DNA from: Pseudomonadota bacterium
GTDB lineage: Bacteria > Pseudomonadota > Gammaproteobacteria > Acidiferrobacterales > UBA6901
NCBI GenBank assembly: GCA_027364845.1
Contig: DAHXOO010000008.1
Location: 121-64,120, forward strand
Direction: 5' to 3'
DNA length: 64,000 nt
In this document: one piece after another, positions 55,806 to 64,000 of the stretch
Layout of the letters: each line of letters opens with the position of its first letter
Position numbering within the stretch: the stretch's first letter is position 1
Notes under the pieces: model-generated
The model's database searches: none
What the model saw: the letters and a program-made list of their open reading frames with translations, nothing else
Told to the model about the DNA's origin: nothing
Position numbers and translations under genes: made by a program

Positions 55806-55814
55806 GGGGGGGGG
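55806..55814. repeat. poly-G(9) homopolymer in intergenic region
   Basis: GTGGGGGGGGGTGGGAGAG, counted as nine consecutive G. Confidence 0.9.
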
Positions 55815-55998
55815 TGGGAGAGATTCCGTGTACTAGCTACCGACAAAGTCCGAAAGTTCTTCGCTGCGTCAGATTGGAGTGTCCATCGGACTGGGGGCGG
55901 CAAATCGGCAATGACCGGACAAACCGTACGCACGTTGGCAGTAGACCCCTGGTGGACATTTGTAGCGGTAGCGTTACAAACGGGCAAAAGCCAGCTTT

Positions 55999-56027
55999 TT
56001 TACAATCTCAGGGGAGTTCACTATAAT
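55999..56027 (+). promoter_or_regulatory. sigma-70 promoter of tRNA-Phe
   Basis: TTTACA-17 nt-TATAAT followed by the GC-rich discriminator GCGCC. The tRNA starts about 18 nt after the -10. Confidence 0.6.
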
Positions 56028-56044
56028 GCGCCGATTGTTGCCTA

Positions 56045-56120
<76 letters not shown>

Positions 56121-56253
56121 AACTTCTAATTATTATCAATAGGCTACAGAACACTCTGCTGACCCTCTTGTAGCCACACCGCTTTACGCCATAGCCTTGC
56201 CATTGTTAGCCACGGCATGGGAAGGCAAGTGGTGAAGTGGCCTCTACGCCACG

Positions 56254-56384
56254 GACCTCAAGAACGCTGGCATTTCTGCCGATTTGATTTTCCTCGCATA
56301 CTCATTCGGCGACAAGTAGCCGAGCGAGGAATACAGGCGAACGGGGTTGTAAAATCCATAGCGAATCCGCTGTCCTAAACCTAC
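56254..56384 (-). pseudogene. IS3-family transposase OrfB C-terminal remnant (about 43 codons)
   Basis: Reads ...RIRYGFYNPVRLYSSLGYLSPNEYARKIKS..., matching the IS3 integrase C-terminal signature (FYNxxRxHSSLGYxSPxEY). Truncated where it meets the 3' end of the LysR gene. Confidence 0.6.
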
Positions 56385-57304
56385 TTATCAGCTTGTTCTA
56401 ATTGCCCAACCTTTCCGGGTATCTCAGCCACCAGAGCATCGATTGCGGCTCGAGTTTTGCTCGGCAAGTAATGCGACTGCGCCCACACGACACTGATTTC
56501 TGTCGCAAGCGTATTGTTGCAGTCCAGCACCAACTCCAACTCGCCTGCCCGGGCATGTTTTGCCATTAACCAGCAGGGTAGCCACGCCAACCCCACTCCC
56601 GCTACGGCAGCATCGGTGATCGCTTGTAAGTCATCGAACACGAGGCGGTTATCAACTTGGGGTTTGAGAACCTGACCTTCACTATTTCGTACGCTCCACG
56701 ATTCGATTCGACCTGCGCGCCCATAAGCGATGCCAACATGGTTGGACAGCTCATCAACGCTAGCTGGTTTTCCGTGTTCGGCTAAGTAAGAGGGGGAGGC
56801 GCAGATGACCATTCGTTGGGTACCCAATCGTCGCGCGACCAATGTGCTGCTATCAGGCAAGGTGCCTATACGGACTGCCAGGTCATACCCTTCATCCACC
56901 AGATCGACGACACTGTCGTTAAAGGACATTTCTATCGCCAGTCGCGGATATTGGCGTCCCAGTGCAAGCAATACCGGTGCAGCGCAATGGCGACCAAATA
57001 ACACGGGAACACTAACGCGCAAGCGTCCTATGGGTCCACTCTTGCCGCTATCGAGTGCCAATGCGCCTGCGTCCAGCTCCGCCAATGCTCGCACACAGCG
57101 CTCGTAATAAACCTGGCCATCTTCAGTCAGGCTCTGGCTGCGCGTAGTCCTTTGGAATAGCCGCACGCCCAGGCGCTGCTCCAGTCGCGCAATACTCTTG
57201 CCCACCGCCGATCGGGTTAGTCGCATGCGCTCTGCTGCCAGCGCAAAGCTGCCAGCCTCCGCTGCTTCGACGAAAGCACTAATGCCTTTCAATCGATCAC
57301 TCAT
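56381..57304 (-). CDS. LysR-family transcriptional regulator
   Basis: N-terminal wHTH (LKGISAFVEAAEAGSFALAAERMRLTRSAVGKSIARLEQRLGVRLF) and a LysR substrate-binding domain. Divergent from the oxidoreductase gene. Confidence 0.88.
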   Translation of the reverse strand: MSDRLKGISAFVEAAEAGSFALAAERMRLTRSAVGKSIARLEQRLGVRLFQRTTRSQSLTEDGQVYYERCVRALAELDAGALALDSGKSGPIGRLRVSVPVLFGRHCAAPVLLALGRQYPRLAIEMSFNDSVVDLVDEGYDLAVRIGTLPDSSTLVARRLGTQRMVICASPSYLAEHGKPASVDELSNHVGIAYGRAGRIESWSVRNSEGQVLKPQVDNRLVFDDLQAITDAAVAGVGLAWLPCWLMAKHARAGELELVLDCNNTLATEISVVWAQSHYLPSKTRAAIDALVAEIPGKVGQLEQADK

Positions 57305-57474
57305 AATATTGGTTCCTACTTGGCTACACACTGGTTAATTATTTCCGCCACTGCGGACAATTTGGCTCCTATATGATAGCAGCCAATATCGACATGAGCG
57401 CTACAACAATACTGATCGCCTCATTGGCTATCTCTGCAAGCACAGAGGCTTTGTTAACTGAATAGGAGAATCAA

Positions 57475-58497
57475 ATGCAGGCTTACCAGATCAAGGCGGG
57501 ACAACAGATTACCGGGCTGAAACGGGTTCAACGCAGTATTTCTGCACCTGCTGCACACGAAGTACACATACGCATCCACGCCGTATCGCTCAATTATCGC
57601 GACTTGATGATAGCGGACGGCAAATATCTCAGCACAGGTGATGTCTCCGTGATCCCCTGTTCTGATGGCGCAGGCGAGGTCTTAGCTGTCGGTGATGACG
57701 TGACGCGCTTTCATGTCGGCGACCGTGTTGCAGCATCGTTTTTCCCAGATTGGGTCAATGGCGCACCGACCCCGCAAAACACGGCAAGTGCACTCGGTGC
57801 TGCCGTGGACGGAATGTTGGCCGAAGAAGTTGTTTTGCATGAAAACGCCCTGGTCTCGATACCGGCGCATCTCTCCTATGTTGAAGCTTCCACCATACCT
57901 TGCGCCGGGGTCACTGCATGGAATTCACTGTTCGTCGAAGGTGGCCTCAGGGCTGGGGATAGCGTGCTGCTGCTGGGCACCGGCGGTGTGTCGATCTGGG
58001 CTCTGCAGTTAGCCAAAGCTGCGGGTCTGCTTACAATCATTACTTCATCGAGCGATAAAAAGCTGGAGCGCGCGCACAACCTGGGTGCGGCAGCGACGAT
58101 CAATTACAAGAACACGCCCGAGTGGCAGGACGAGGTTTTGCAGCTGACTGACGGGCAAGGCGTTGACCTTGTACTGGAAGTCGGCGGCCAGAGTACACTG
58201 ACACGTTCAATTGCGAGTACCAAGATGGGCGGTACGGTTGCTATTATCGGCGGCGTCAGCGGCTTTGGCTTCGGCGGCGAGCTTAATCCTTTCGCACTGA
58301 TCGGTGGCGCTAAACGCTTGTCAGGCATCTTCGTCGGCAGCCGCAACATGTTCGAAGACCTCAACAGGTTTTTAAGTGTGGTCGAAATACATCCTGTCAT
58401 TGATCGCATCTATCCTTTCCAGCAGGGGCACGAAGCCTATGAACATCTAAAAAGAGCAGGCCACTTTGGCAAGGTCGTGATTGAAGTAAGAAAATAA
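57475..58497 (+). CDS. NAD(P)H-dependent medium-chain dehydrogenase/reductase (quinone oxidoreductase-like)
   Basis: GroES-like N domain and the Rossmann motif LLLGTGGVSIWALQLAKAAG. No structural-zinc Cys cluster is visible. Confidence 0.8.
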   Translation: MQAYQIKAGQQITGLKRVQRSISAPAAHEVHIRIHAVSLNYRDLMIADGKYLSTGDVSVIPCSDGAGEVLAVGDDVTRFHVGDRVAASFFPDWVNGAPTPQNTASALGAAVDGMLAEEVVLHENALVSIPAHLSYVEASTIPCAGVTAWNSLFVEGGLRAGDSVLLLGTGGVSIWALQLAKAAGLLTIITSSSDKKLERAHNLGAAATINYKNTPEWQDEVLQLTDGQGVDLVLEVGGQSTLTRSIASTKMGGTVAIIGGVSGFGFGGELNPFALIGGAKRLSGIFVGSRNMFEDLNRFLSVVEIHPVIDRIYPFQQGHEAYEHLKRAGHFGKVVIEVRK

Positions 58498-58575
58498 GTC
58501 GAGGACGCAAGTGAACTATAGCTAGCTAAGGTGATTGCGCCCCCTTTTCACTGACTCACAATCTGGGTACGAATT

Positions 58576-59997
58576 GTGACCAACTTGCTCGGCAAGTGGC
58601 TTCAATTGAACGAGCCCGTTGGTCCATTTGAGGAGATTCACTCCAGAAGCGGGTTAGTTCTGGATGGACGTCAACACCGAACTGAGGCGACGTCCGAGCA
58701 GCTTGTACGCTCTCGGGTGGCTCGTGACTACTTCGCAGGTCAGAAAGTGGGCGATAAACCAGGTGACGATGTAGACTTGCGCGATATGGTATCCCTTGGT
58801 TCCATAAGGCACACCGCGACAGCGCGGAGCTTTGCGGTTTTCGACACGCCGATTGGGCAATGCAGCATCGTCTGGAGCAAGCATGGAATCGTCGGCATAC
58901 AGTTTCCGGAGGCCCGAGAGCATGAGACGCGGGCGCACCTGCTTCGGCAATTCCCGGGCGCAACCGAAGTCTCGCCTCCGCCCGAGGCGCAACGGACAAT
59001 TGACGGTATCGTCGCACTGCTGCGCGGCGAGGAAAGCAATCTCGCCGCCACCCGGCTCGACATGGACAACGTGCCGCCATTTTACCGTCGAGTCTACGAG
59101 GCCACGCGTACAATTCCTCCGGGTGCAACACGCTCGTATGGCGACATCGCTGCACAGCTTGGCTCGCGCGGCGCCGCGCGAGCCGTGGGACAAGCACTCG
59201 GGCATAATCCGTTTGCGATCGTCGTGCCGTGCCATCGTGTACTTTCCGCTGGCGGCAGGATCGGCGGTTTCTCCGCGAACGGCGGCATTGCAACAAAGCT
59301 CCAACTCCTCACGATCGAGGCGACACGAGCAAGCGGACAATCCGGTCTCTTTGACGGCGACGGCACTTTTGGCTTCGATCCAGACGTGGCGACCAGACAT
59401 CTGCGCCGCACCGATCCGACACTCGCACGCGTTATCGATGCCGTCGGTCCTTTTCGCATGCAGATCAAGAGATCAACGAGCGTCTTCGCTGCGCTTGCGG
59501 AGGCAATTGTTCACCAGCAGCTCTCCGGCAAGGCTGCGGTAACCATCTTTGCTCGTTTGTGCGCACTATTCCCGCGTACATATGAAGGCCTTACGAGCGA
59601 GCATATCCTGAGCGCCTCCGACGAGAAGCTGCGCTCCGCCGGCCTTTCGCGCCCGAAGCTCCTCTCGCTCCGTGACCTTGCGCAACGGGCTGCTGCAGGC
59701 AAGATTCCCAATCTCGTAGAGATTCATCGCATGGCAGATGATGCGATCATCGAAAACCTCAGCGAAGTTCGTGGGATCGGACGTTGGACGGCGGAGATGC
59801 TGCTCATTTTCCGCCTCGGGCGCCCGGACGTGCTGCCGCTGGACGACTATGGCATCCGCAAAGGCTATGCGATCGCCTTCAGGAAACGCACGCTGCCGAA
59901 CCGCGCGGACCTCGAAAGACGCGGCATACGATGGAAGCCCTACCGCACAGTTGCGAGCTGGTATTTGTGGCATGCGGTCGAGCTGGCGAGAAAATAG
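58576..59997 (+). CDS. fusion protein: methylated-DNA-protein-cysteine methyltransferase (Ogt/MGMT) plus DNA-3-methyladenine glycosylase II (AlkA-like HhH-GPD)
   Basis: MGMT active site PCHRV with YGDIAAQLG..RAVGQALGHNP, then HhH-GPD (VRGIGRWTAEMLLIF) with the catalytic-Asp block LPLDDYGIRKG. The true start may be ATG 58786. Confidence 0.8.
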   Translation: MTNLLGKWLQLNEPVGPFEEIHSRSGLVLDGRQHRTEATSEQLVRSRVARDYFAGQKVGDKPGDDVDLRDMVSLGSIRHTATARSFAVFDTPIGQCSIVWSKHGIVGIQFPEAREHETRAHLLRQFPGATEVSPPPEAQRTIDGIVALLRGEESNLAATRLDMDNVPPFYRRVYEATRTIPPGATRSYGDIAAQLGSRGAARAVGQALGHNPFAIVVPCHRVLSAGGRIGGFSANGGIATKLQLLTIEATRASGQSGLFDGDGTFGFDPDVATRHLRRTDPTLARVIDAVGPFRMQIKRSTSVFAALAEAIVHQQLSGKAAVTIFARLCALFPRTYEGLTSEHILSASDEKLRSAGLSRPKLLSLRDLAQRAAAGKIPNLVEIHRMADDAIIENLSEVRGIGRWTAEMLLIFRLGRPDVLPLDDYGIRKGYAIAFRKRTLPNRADLERRGIRWKPYRTVASWYLWHAVELARK

Positions 59998-60601
59998 CTG
60001 TAATGGATTGCGGATCGCCTCCGGGATCGGTGTCGATTTCGAAATCCAACGTCCCACACACGCTGGCCTAACTTGCGCCCCGGTTGCACATTCCTCCGAT
60101 AAACGTCGGACATTGTGAAATGTATGCAGGAATCTGAAAGCGTGACTCAAACCGGCCGCCTGACCCCTACCCTAGCCAGAAAAATGAACAAAAGCAGCTG
60201 GCACTCAATTCCGACATAGCAAGATCCGGGTTGAATGATACCAGCCCAGCCCCCCACAATGTGCGCAACTGGCAATAGGCCCCGGAGCGCGTTTCATGCA
60301 CAAAGCCATCGTTCCCTCCATGACCCGATGCAACGTCGCGTCCCTGTACCAATCGAGATGCGCATTCAACATGTACAGGCGGAAGGGCCGATATGGCTCG
60401 CTGGGGAATGCAACCGGATTGATCCTGGAAGGTGGCGACCAGTCATCATGGGTTTTCAGGAACTATATGGGCTCTGGCCGCGGCTACATGAGTCCACATT
60501 GGCCCGAGTTCCAGAATCCATGTACCGAAGCCTGGATATAGACCGCACGCGTGTTGCGACGGGAGACTGGTTTGCTATGGAAAACGTCTGAGGATGCCCA
60601 A

Positions 60602-61441
60602 ATGTCAGACTACGACCGCATAGCCAAGGCGATTGCTTTCATCGTCAGCCGTACGGACGGTCGGCCGACTTTGAATGAAATCGCGGCACATGTGCATCTC
60701 AGCCCCTTTCATTTTCAACGCGTATTCTGCCGCTGGGCAGGCGTGACTCCCAATAGATTCCTGCAGGTTCTTACGTTGGAGCGCGCCAAGCAGATGCTCC
60801 GGGAACCTAAGCCATTGCTCGAGGTTTCCGATGCCCTGGGGCTGAGCAGTGCCTCACGTCTGCATGACCACTTCGTTCAACTGGAAGCCGTTACGCCGGG
60901 TGAATTCAAAGCGGGAGGGGCGGGATTGTCCATTGAGTATTCCGTGCATGACACTCCCTTTGGCGGGACATTTATTGCCCTCACTTCCAGAGGCGTTTGC
61001 AGTTTTTCCTTCCTGGAGAACGCGGAAATCGACGAGCATTTGGCTGCGCTATCCAGAACATGGCCACGGGCAGCGGTGCGGGAGAATCGTCAACGAACAC
61101 TAGCGGTTATTAGGATTATGTTTGGCGGCAAAGAGAAGCCGGATCGTCCGCTGTCCTTACATGTCTCTGGCACGAACTTTCAGGTCAACGTCTGGAAGGC
61201 GTTGTTGCAGATCCCTCCGGGAACGGTCGCGAGCTATTCTCAGGTGGCAACGGCGATAGGCCGCCCTAATGCCGCAAGAGCGGTCGGTCTCGCCGTAGGC
61301 GCAAACCCCGTCGCGTTCCTTATTCCTTGCCACCGTGTTATCCAACAGAGCGGTAACCTCGGGGGATATCGCTGGGGTGAGCTGCGGAAACATGCAATCA
61401 ACTCGTGGGAGGCAGCAAGACATTGGTCACTCGATCCCTAG
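60602..61441 (+). CDS. AraC-type HTH plus methylated-DNA-protein-cysteine methyltransferase (Ada-like, lacking the N-terminal Zn methyl-phosphotriester domain)
   Basis: AraC HTH (LNEIAAHVHLSPFHFQRVFCRWAGVTPNRFL), then an MGMT domain with FQVNVWKALLQIPPG, YSQVA..IGRPNAARAVG and the active site PCHRV. Confidence 0.82.
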   Translation: MSDYDRIAKAIAFIVSRTDGRPTLNEIAAHVHLSPFHFQRVFCRWAGVTPNRFLQVLTLERAKQMLREPKPLLEVSDALGLSSASRLHDHFVQLEAVTPGEFKAGGAGLSIEYSVHDTPFGGTFIALTSRGVCSFSFLENAEIDEHLAALSRTWPRAAVRENRQRTLAVIRIMFGGKEKPDRPLSLHVSGTNFQVNVWKALLQIPPGTVASYSQVATAIGRPNAARAVGLAVGANPVAFLIPCHRVIQQSGNLGGYRWGELRKHAINSWEAARHWSLDP

Positions 61442-61804
61442 CGTCTAGTTCCTGTCATTCCAGACCGCCAAGAGAATTGAATGACCGCTACCGCTCGTCA
61501 AACCAGAAATCCCGTTCTGCCATCTGCCCGGACTCCGGCTTTGTGGGCCGCCCTTACCGTATGACCGCCAGGCGGCTATGCCATGCCCGGGAATTCAAAC
61601 GGGCATTCACCTGCCGCGCAAGCAATGCTGAACTATTTTGTCCTTGGCGTCGGCGACTAAACGGCTACGCATACGGTAAGGTCACGCAGGAAGTGACGCC
61701 GGATTGCCCGAGGCTTGTCCAGCCAGTGAGTCATTAGGCTGCCATCACGCCCGAAAGGCGATCGGCAAGGTTGCTGGCTAGTAACACAACTGGGCAAGCG
61801 CTGG

Positions 61805-62770
61805 TCAGACGGACGACCTGGCGCGTCTTGTCCCAGCGACGAGTACCAATAGACCTGAACCTAATAACCAGAATGCGTCAGGAAGGGGAACGGTGGTGTT
61901 GTAACCCAGCACGTTCATTTCCGCGACGTCGCCGCTTGAGATGGGATAAACCTTACCGGAGCTGAAAAAAGCGTTGTACGCGTCGAGTGTCGATCCCGAC
62001 CAATCACCATAATCACCACTGGAATTGGAATTGAACGTATTGACCCTGGTCTTGCCGCCGTTCGTTGAGAAGATCGTTCCATTAGTGGGGTCGAAGGTCC
62101 CATTTGAATCGTACCGGAACAGATCCAGAGGGGCAAAACATGGAGAAGTGCCGATAATCGAAGAACATGCCGACGAGTCGCGAAAGCTGATGCGGCCCAT
62201 CACCTCGCTGATTTCGTGCTCCGCCACTCCGACAAAATAATACTGGCTGGATAAGGGGGTCCCGCCCGGATTGAAGTCCCAGGAGTAGCTGCTGCCGAAC
62301 CCGACGGCCCCGCCGGAGACAGGGCTATTGCATCCGCCCTTCGTATTCTGGGGTCCACATTCCATGGCCTTAACTTCGGCAGAAGGAATAAGAATGTTGT
62401 CGGCTGACGGATTATTGGTCGGGCTGGAGGTGTAGTAAGAAGACAAACCCGGATTGCCGCTCATCAGGCTTATCATCCCGTTGAACGAAGTAGGGTATAG
62501 ACTTGCTATCTTGCTTTCGCCCAGCGCATTCGACGACAGACCTGATCCACCGACCTCGCCCCAACCTACGTTCAGATCAATCGTAATCGGATTGGCGAAA
62601 GTGCTGTCATAATAATTAACGGCATCCTGGAACGCCGTCTTGAACCCGGCCGGAGCGCTATTGACGCTCGAGTCGTAGGTCACATTGAAACTCAGGGCCT
62701 GGGCCGATCCGGACGCTGCCAAACCGATAAGCAGTAAGGCACGCGCGACTCTCTCGTGCAGCGTAGACAT
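61805..62770 (-). CDS. secreted PEP-CTERM-anchored protein with metalloprotease-like HEISEVMG motif
   Basis: Signal peptide (SGSAQA/LS), the central motif VAEHEISEVMGR, and a C-terminal PEP-CTERM-type sorting signal VPLPDAFWLLGSGLLVLVAGTRRAR. Confidence 0.7.
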   Translation of the reverse strand: MSTLHERVARALLLIGLAASGSAQALSFNVTYDSSVNSAPAGFKTAFQDAVNYYDSTFANPITIDLNVGWGEVGGSGLSSNALGESKIASLYPTSFNGMISLMSGNPGLSSYYTSSPTNNPSADNILIPSAEVKAMECGPQNTKGGCNSPVSGGAVGFGSSYSWDFNPGGTPLSSQYYFVGVAEHEISEVMGRISFRDSSACSSIIGTSPCFAPLDLFRYDSNGTFDPTNGTIFSTNGGKTRVNTFNSNSSGDYGDWSGSTLDAYNAFFSSGKVYPISSGDVAEMNVLGYNTTVPLPDAFWLLGSGLLVLVAGTRRARSSV

Positions 62771-63262
62771 GATTCCTCCCCTTCGTGGGACGCATGGAGC
62801 GCCCTGATCAGCGTACCGAAGCCGCCGAATATTATATTTAAACCAATTGCGTGTGGAATTATGCTATACACCGAGTTCCGGCACAAGATTGACTGACATA
62901 GGCGCGTCCGACGGGATCGAAAGTCCTTTTCCTGGGTGCCGGGAAATATCTGTCCGGGATTCCCAGAAATACCGTGGGAACCGCAGACTCTGTTACAAGC
63001 AGCGCCGGGCAAGACTTCCGGGAGATCCGCGACTTGGAACAAAAGCCGCCCCCCCAGGACATGCACTTAGGCATCGCGAAGGAGCCGCAAGGCATGGCCC
63101 TCTCCAGCCGTGCTTCAGCGCTATCCGGTGCGTGCGTTTTCGAGGCCGGCCCAGGTCTTGGCGTCGGCGCCGAACCGCTTAACAGCGCCGCGTCGCCGAC
63201 GCCTGGTAACGGGTAATGCGATATTCTCAAGGAAGCACCAATCTAGTACATTGGTCGTCATT

Positions 63263-64000
63263 ATGATTGTGTTACCGGAACTTGTCGCGCATCGCGGCTA
63301 TGCTCTGCACTATCCCGAGAACACCCTCGTCGCCATCGAGGCGGCGATCCGGGCCGGCGCCCACTATGTTGAAGTCGACATCCAGCTTACCTCCGACAGG
63401 CAGCCCGTGCTATTCCACGACCGCGATTTGGAGCGCATGTGCGGCGTCGCTGGGAGGGTGCATGAATTCTCGCTCGGGCGCCTGCGCGGTCTTCGCGCTT
63501 CCGAGTTTGGGCGTTTCGGTTACCAGTACGTGCATGTTCCAATCGCGACGCTTGCGGAATTCGTCGCCTTGCTGCAGCGCGAACCCCAGGTGACGGCGTT
63601 CATCGAAATTAAACGCATTGCGATCGAACGCTTTGGTGCAATCTCCGTGCTGGAACGGGTGCTGCCAGCGATTGAACTCGTCAAGAGCCAATGCGTGCTT
63701 ATTTCCTTCTCACAGGAATGCCTCTTGGCTGCACACCGCGGAGGCTGGCAGGACGTGGGCGTTATCTTAGAGCAGTGGGACGACCACAAGCGTGGCGCGG
63801 TCCCGGAGATCCGTCCGGACTACTTGTTCTGCGATGCAGTCAGCCTTCCGCGGTGGGGCAGGCTGCATACAGCGCCGGCCAAACTGGCAGTCTATGAAAT
63901 CACCGATCCAAATGAGGCGGTGGCGCTGGCCGGGCGGGGAGTAGGGCTGATCGAAACCTTTGCGATTGGCGAAATGCTATCAGCATTCGAGCTGATGCGT
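63263..64000 (+). CDS. glycerophosphodiester phosphodiesterase family protein, 3' end beyond window
   Basis: Hand translation from ATG 63263 gives MIVLPELVAHRGYALHYPENTLVAIEAAIRAGAHYVEVDIQLTSDRQPVLFHDRDL (GDPD HRG / E.D motifs). The frame stays open to the window end. It is absent from the ORF track because no stop falls in the window. Confidence 0.8.
   Translation, partial: MIVLPELVAHRGYALHYPENTLVAIEAAIRAGAHYVEVDIQLTSDRQPVLFHDRDLERMCGVAGRVHEFSLGRLRGLRASEFGRFGYQYVHVPIATLAEFVALLQREPQVTAFIEIKRIAIERFGAISVLERVLPAIELVKSQCVLISFSQECLLAAHRGGWQDVGVILEQWDDHKRGAVPEIRPDYLFCDAVSLPRWGRLHTAPAKLAVYEITDPNEAVALAGRGVGLIETFAIGEMLSAFELMR

Noticed and set aside
56121-64000. Direct repeat of the tRNA-Phe 3' end (att site) that would delimit a genomic island.
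   Set aside because: I found no copy of the 3' tRNA sequence (…TTCGATTCCGTCCCTGGCCACCA) downstream by eye. A computational search is needed, so the island call is kept tentative.

Overview
This is a high-GC proteobacterial chromosomal window. Its synteny looks gammaproteobacterial: pepP-ubiH-ubiI, zapB-like/zapA/6S RNA/5-FCL, glnA-ntrBC, thiSG-trmB, mutY-yggX, pntAA-AB-B. Most of it is housekeeping: rsmA, plsC, glyQS, mtgA, glnA-ntrBC, ubiquinone hydroxylases, pepP, tamAB, ilvA, rpiA, ppiA, trxC, the transhydrogenase genes, asmA, and two tRNAs (Gly-CCC, Phe-GAA). Non-ORF features I can support are a 6S RNA, sigma-54 promoters with NtrC boxes at glnA, a second near-consensus sigma-54 promoter, one intact IS1634-family element with 24-bp perfect inverted repeats, and three decayed IS3-family fragments. 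The best candidate for an undescribed system is at 35.4-39.0 kb. There a sensor kinase and a sigma-54 activator are transcribed divergently from a sigma-54 promoter that drives a 74-codon secreted peptide with a histidine stripe and strong positive charge; the layout resembles ZraPSR but the effector is not ZraP-like. Other items worth a second look:
- a translationally coupled PP-loop ATPase / TusA / CDF-transporter operon
- a GmhB homologue with its HAD catalytic residues substituted
- the uncharacterised PA2779/PA2778 pair
- an overlapping GST-EVE-GST unit just downstream of ssrS/5-FCL
- a histone-H1-tail protein divergent from a 2x cNMP-rhodanese protein
- a CCAEP-tail B12/radical-SAM protein
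- a tRNA-Phe-adjacent, more AT-rich accessory segment with two MGMT-domain repair genes and a PEP-CTERM protein
All calls come from reading the sequence and the supplied ORF translations. No database searches were run.
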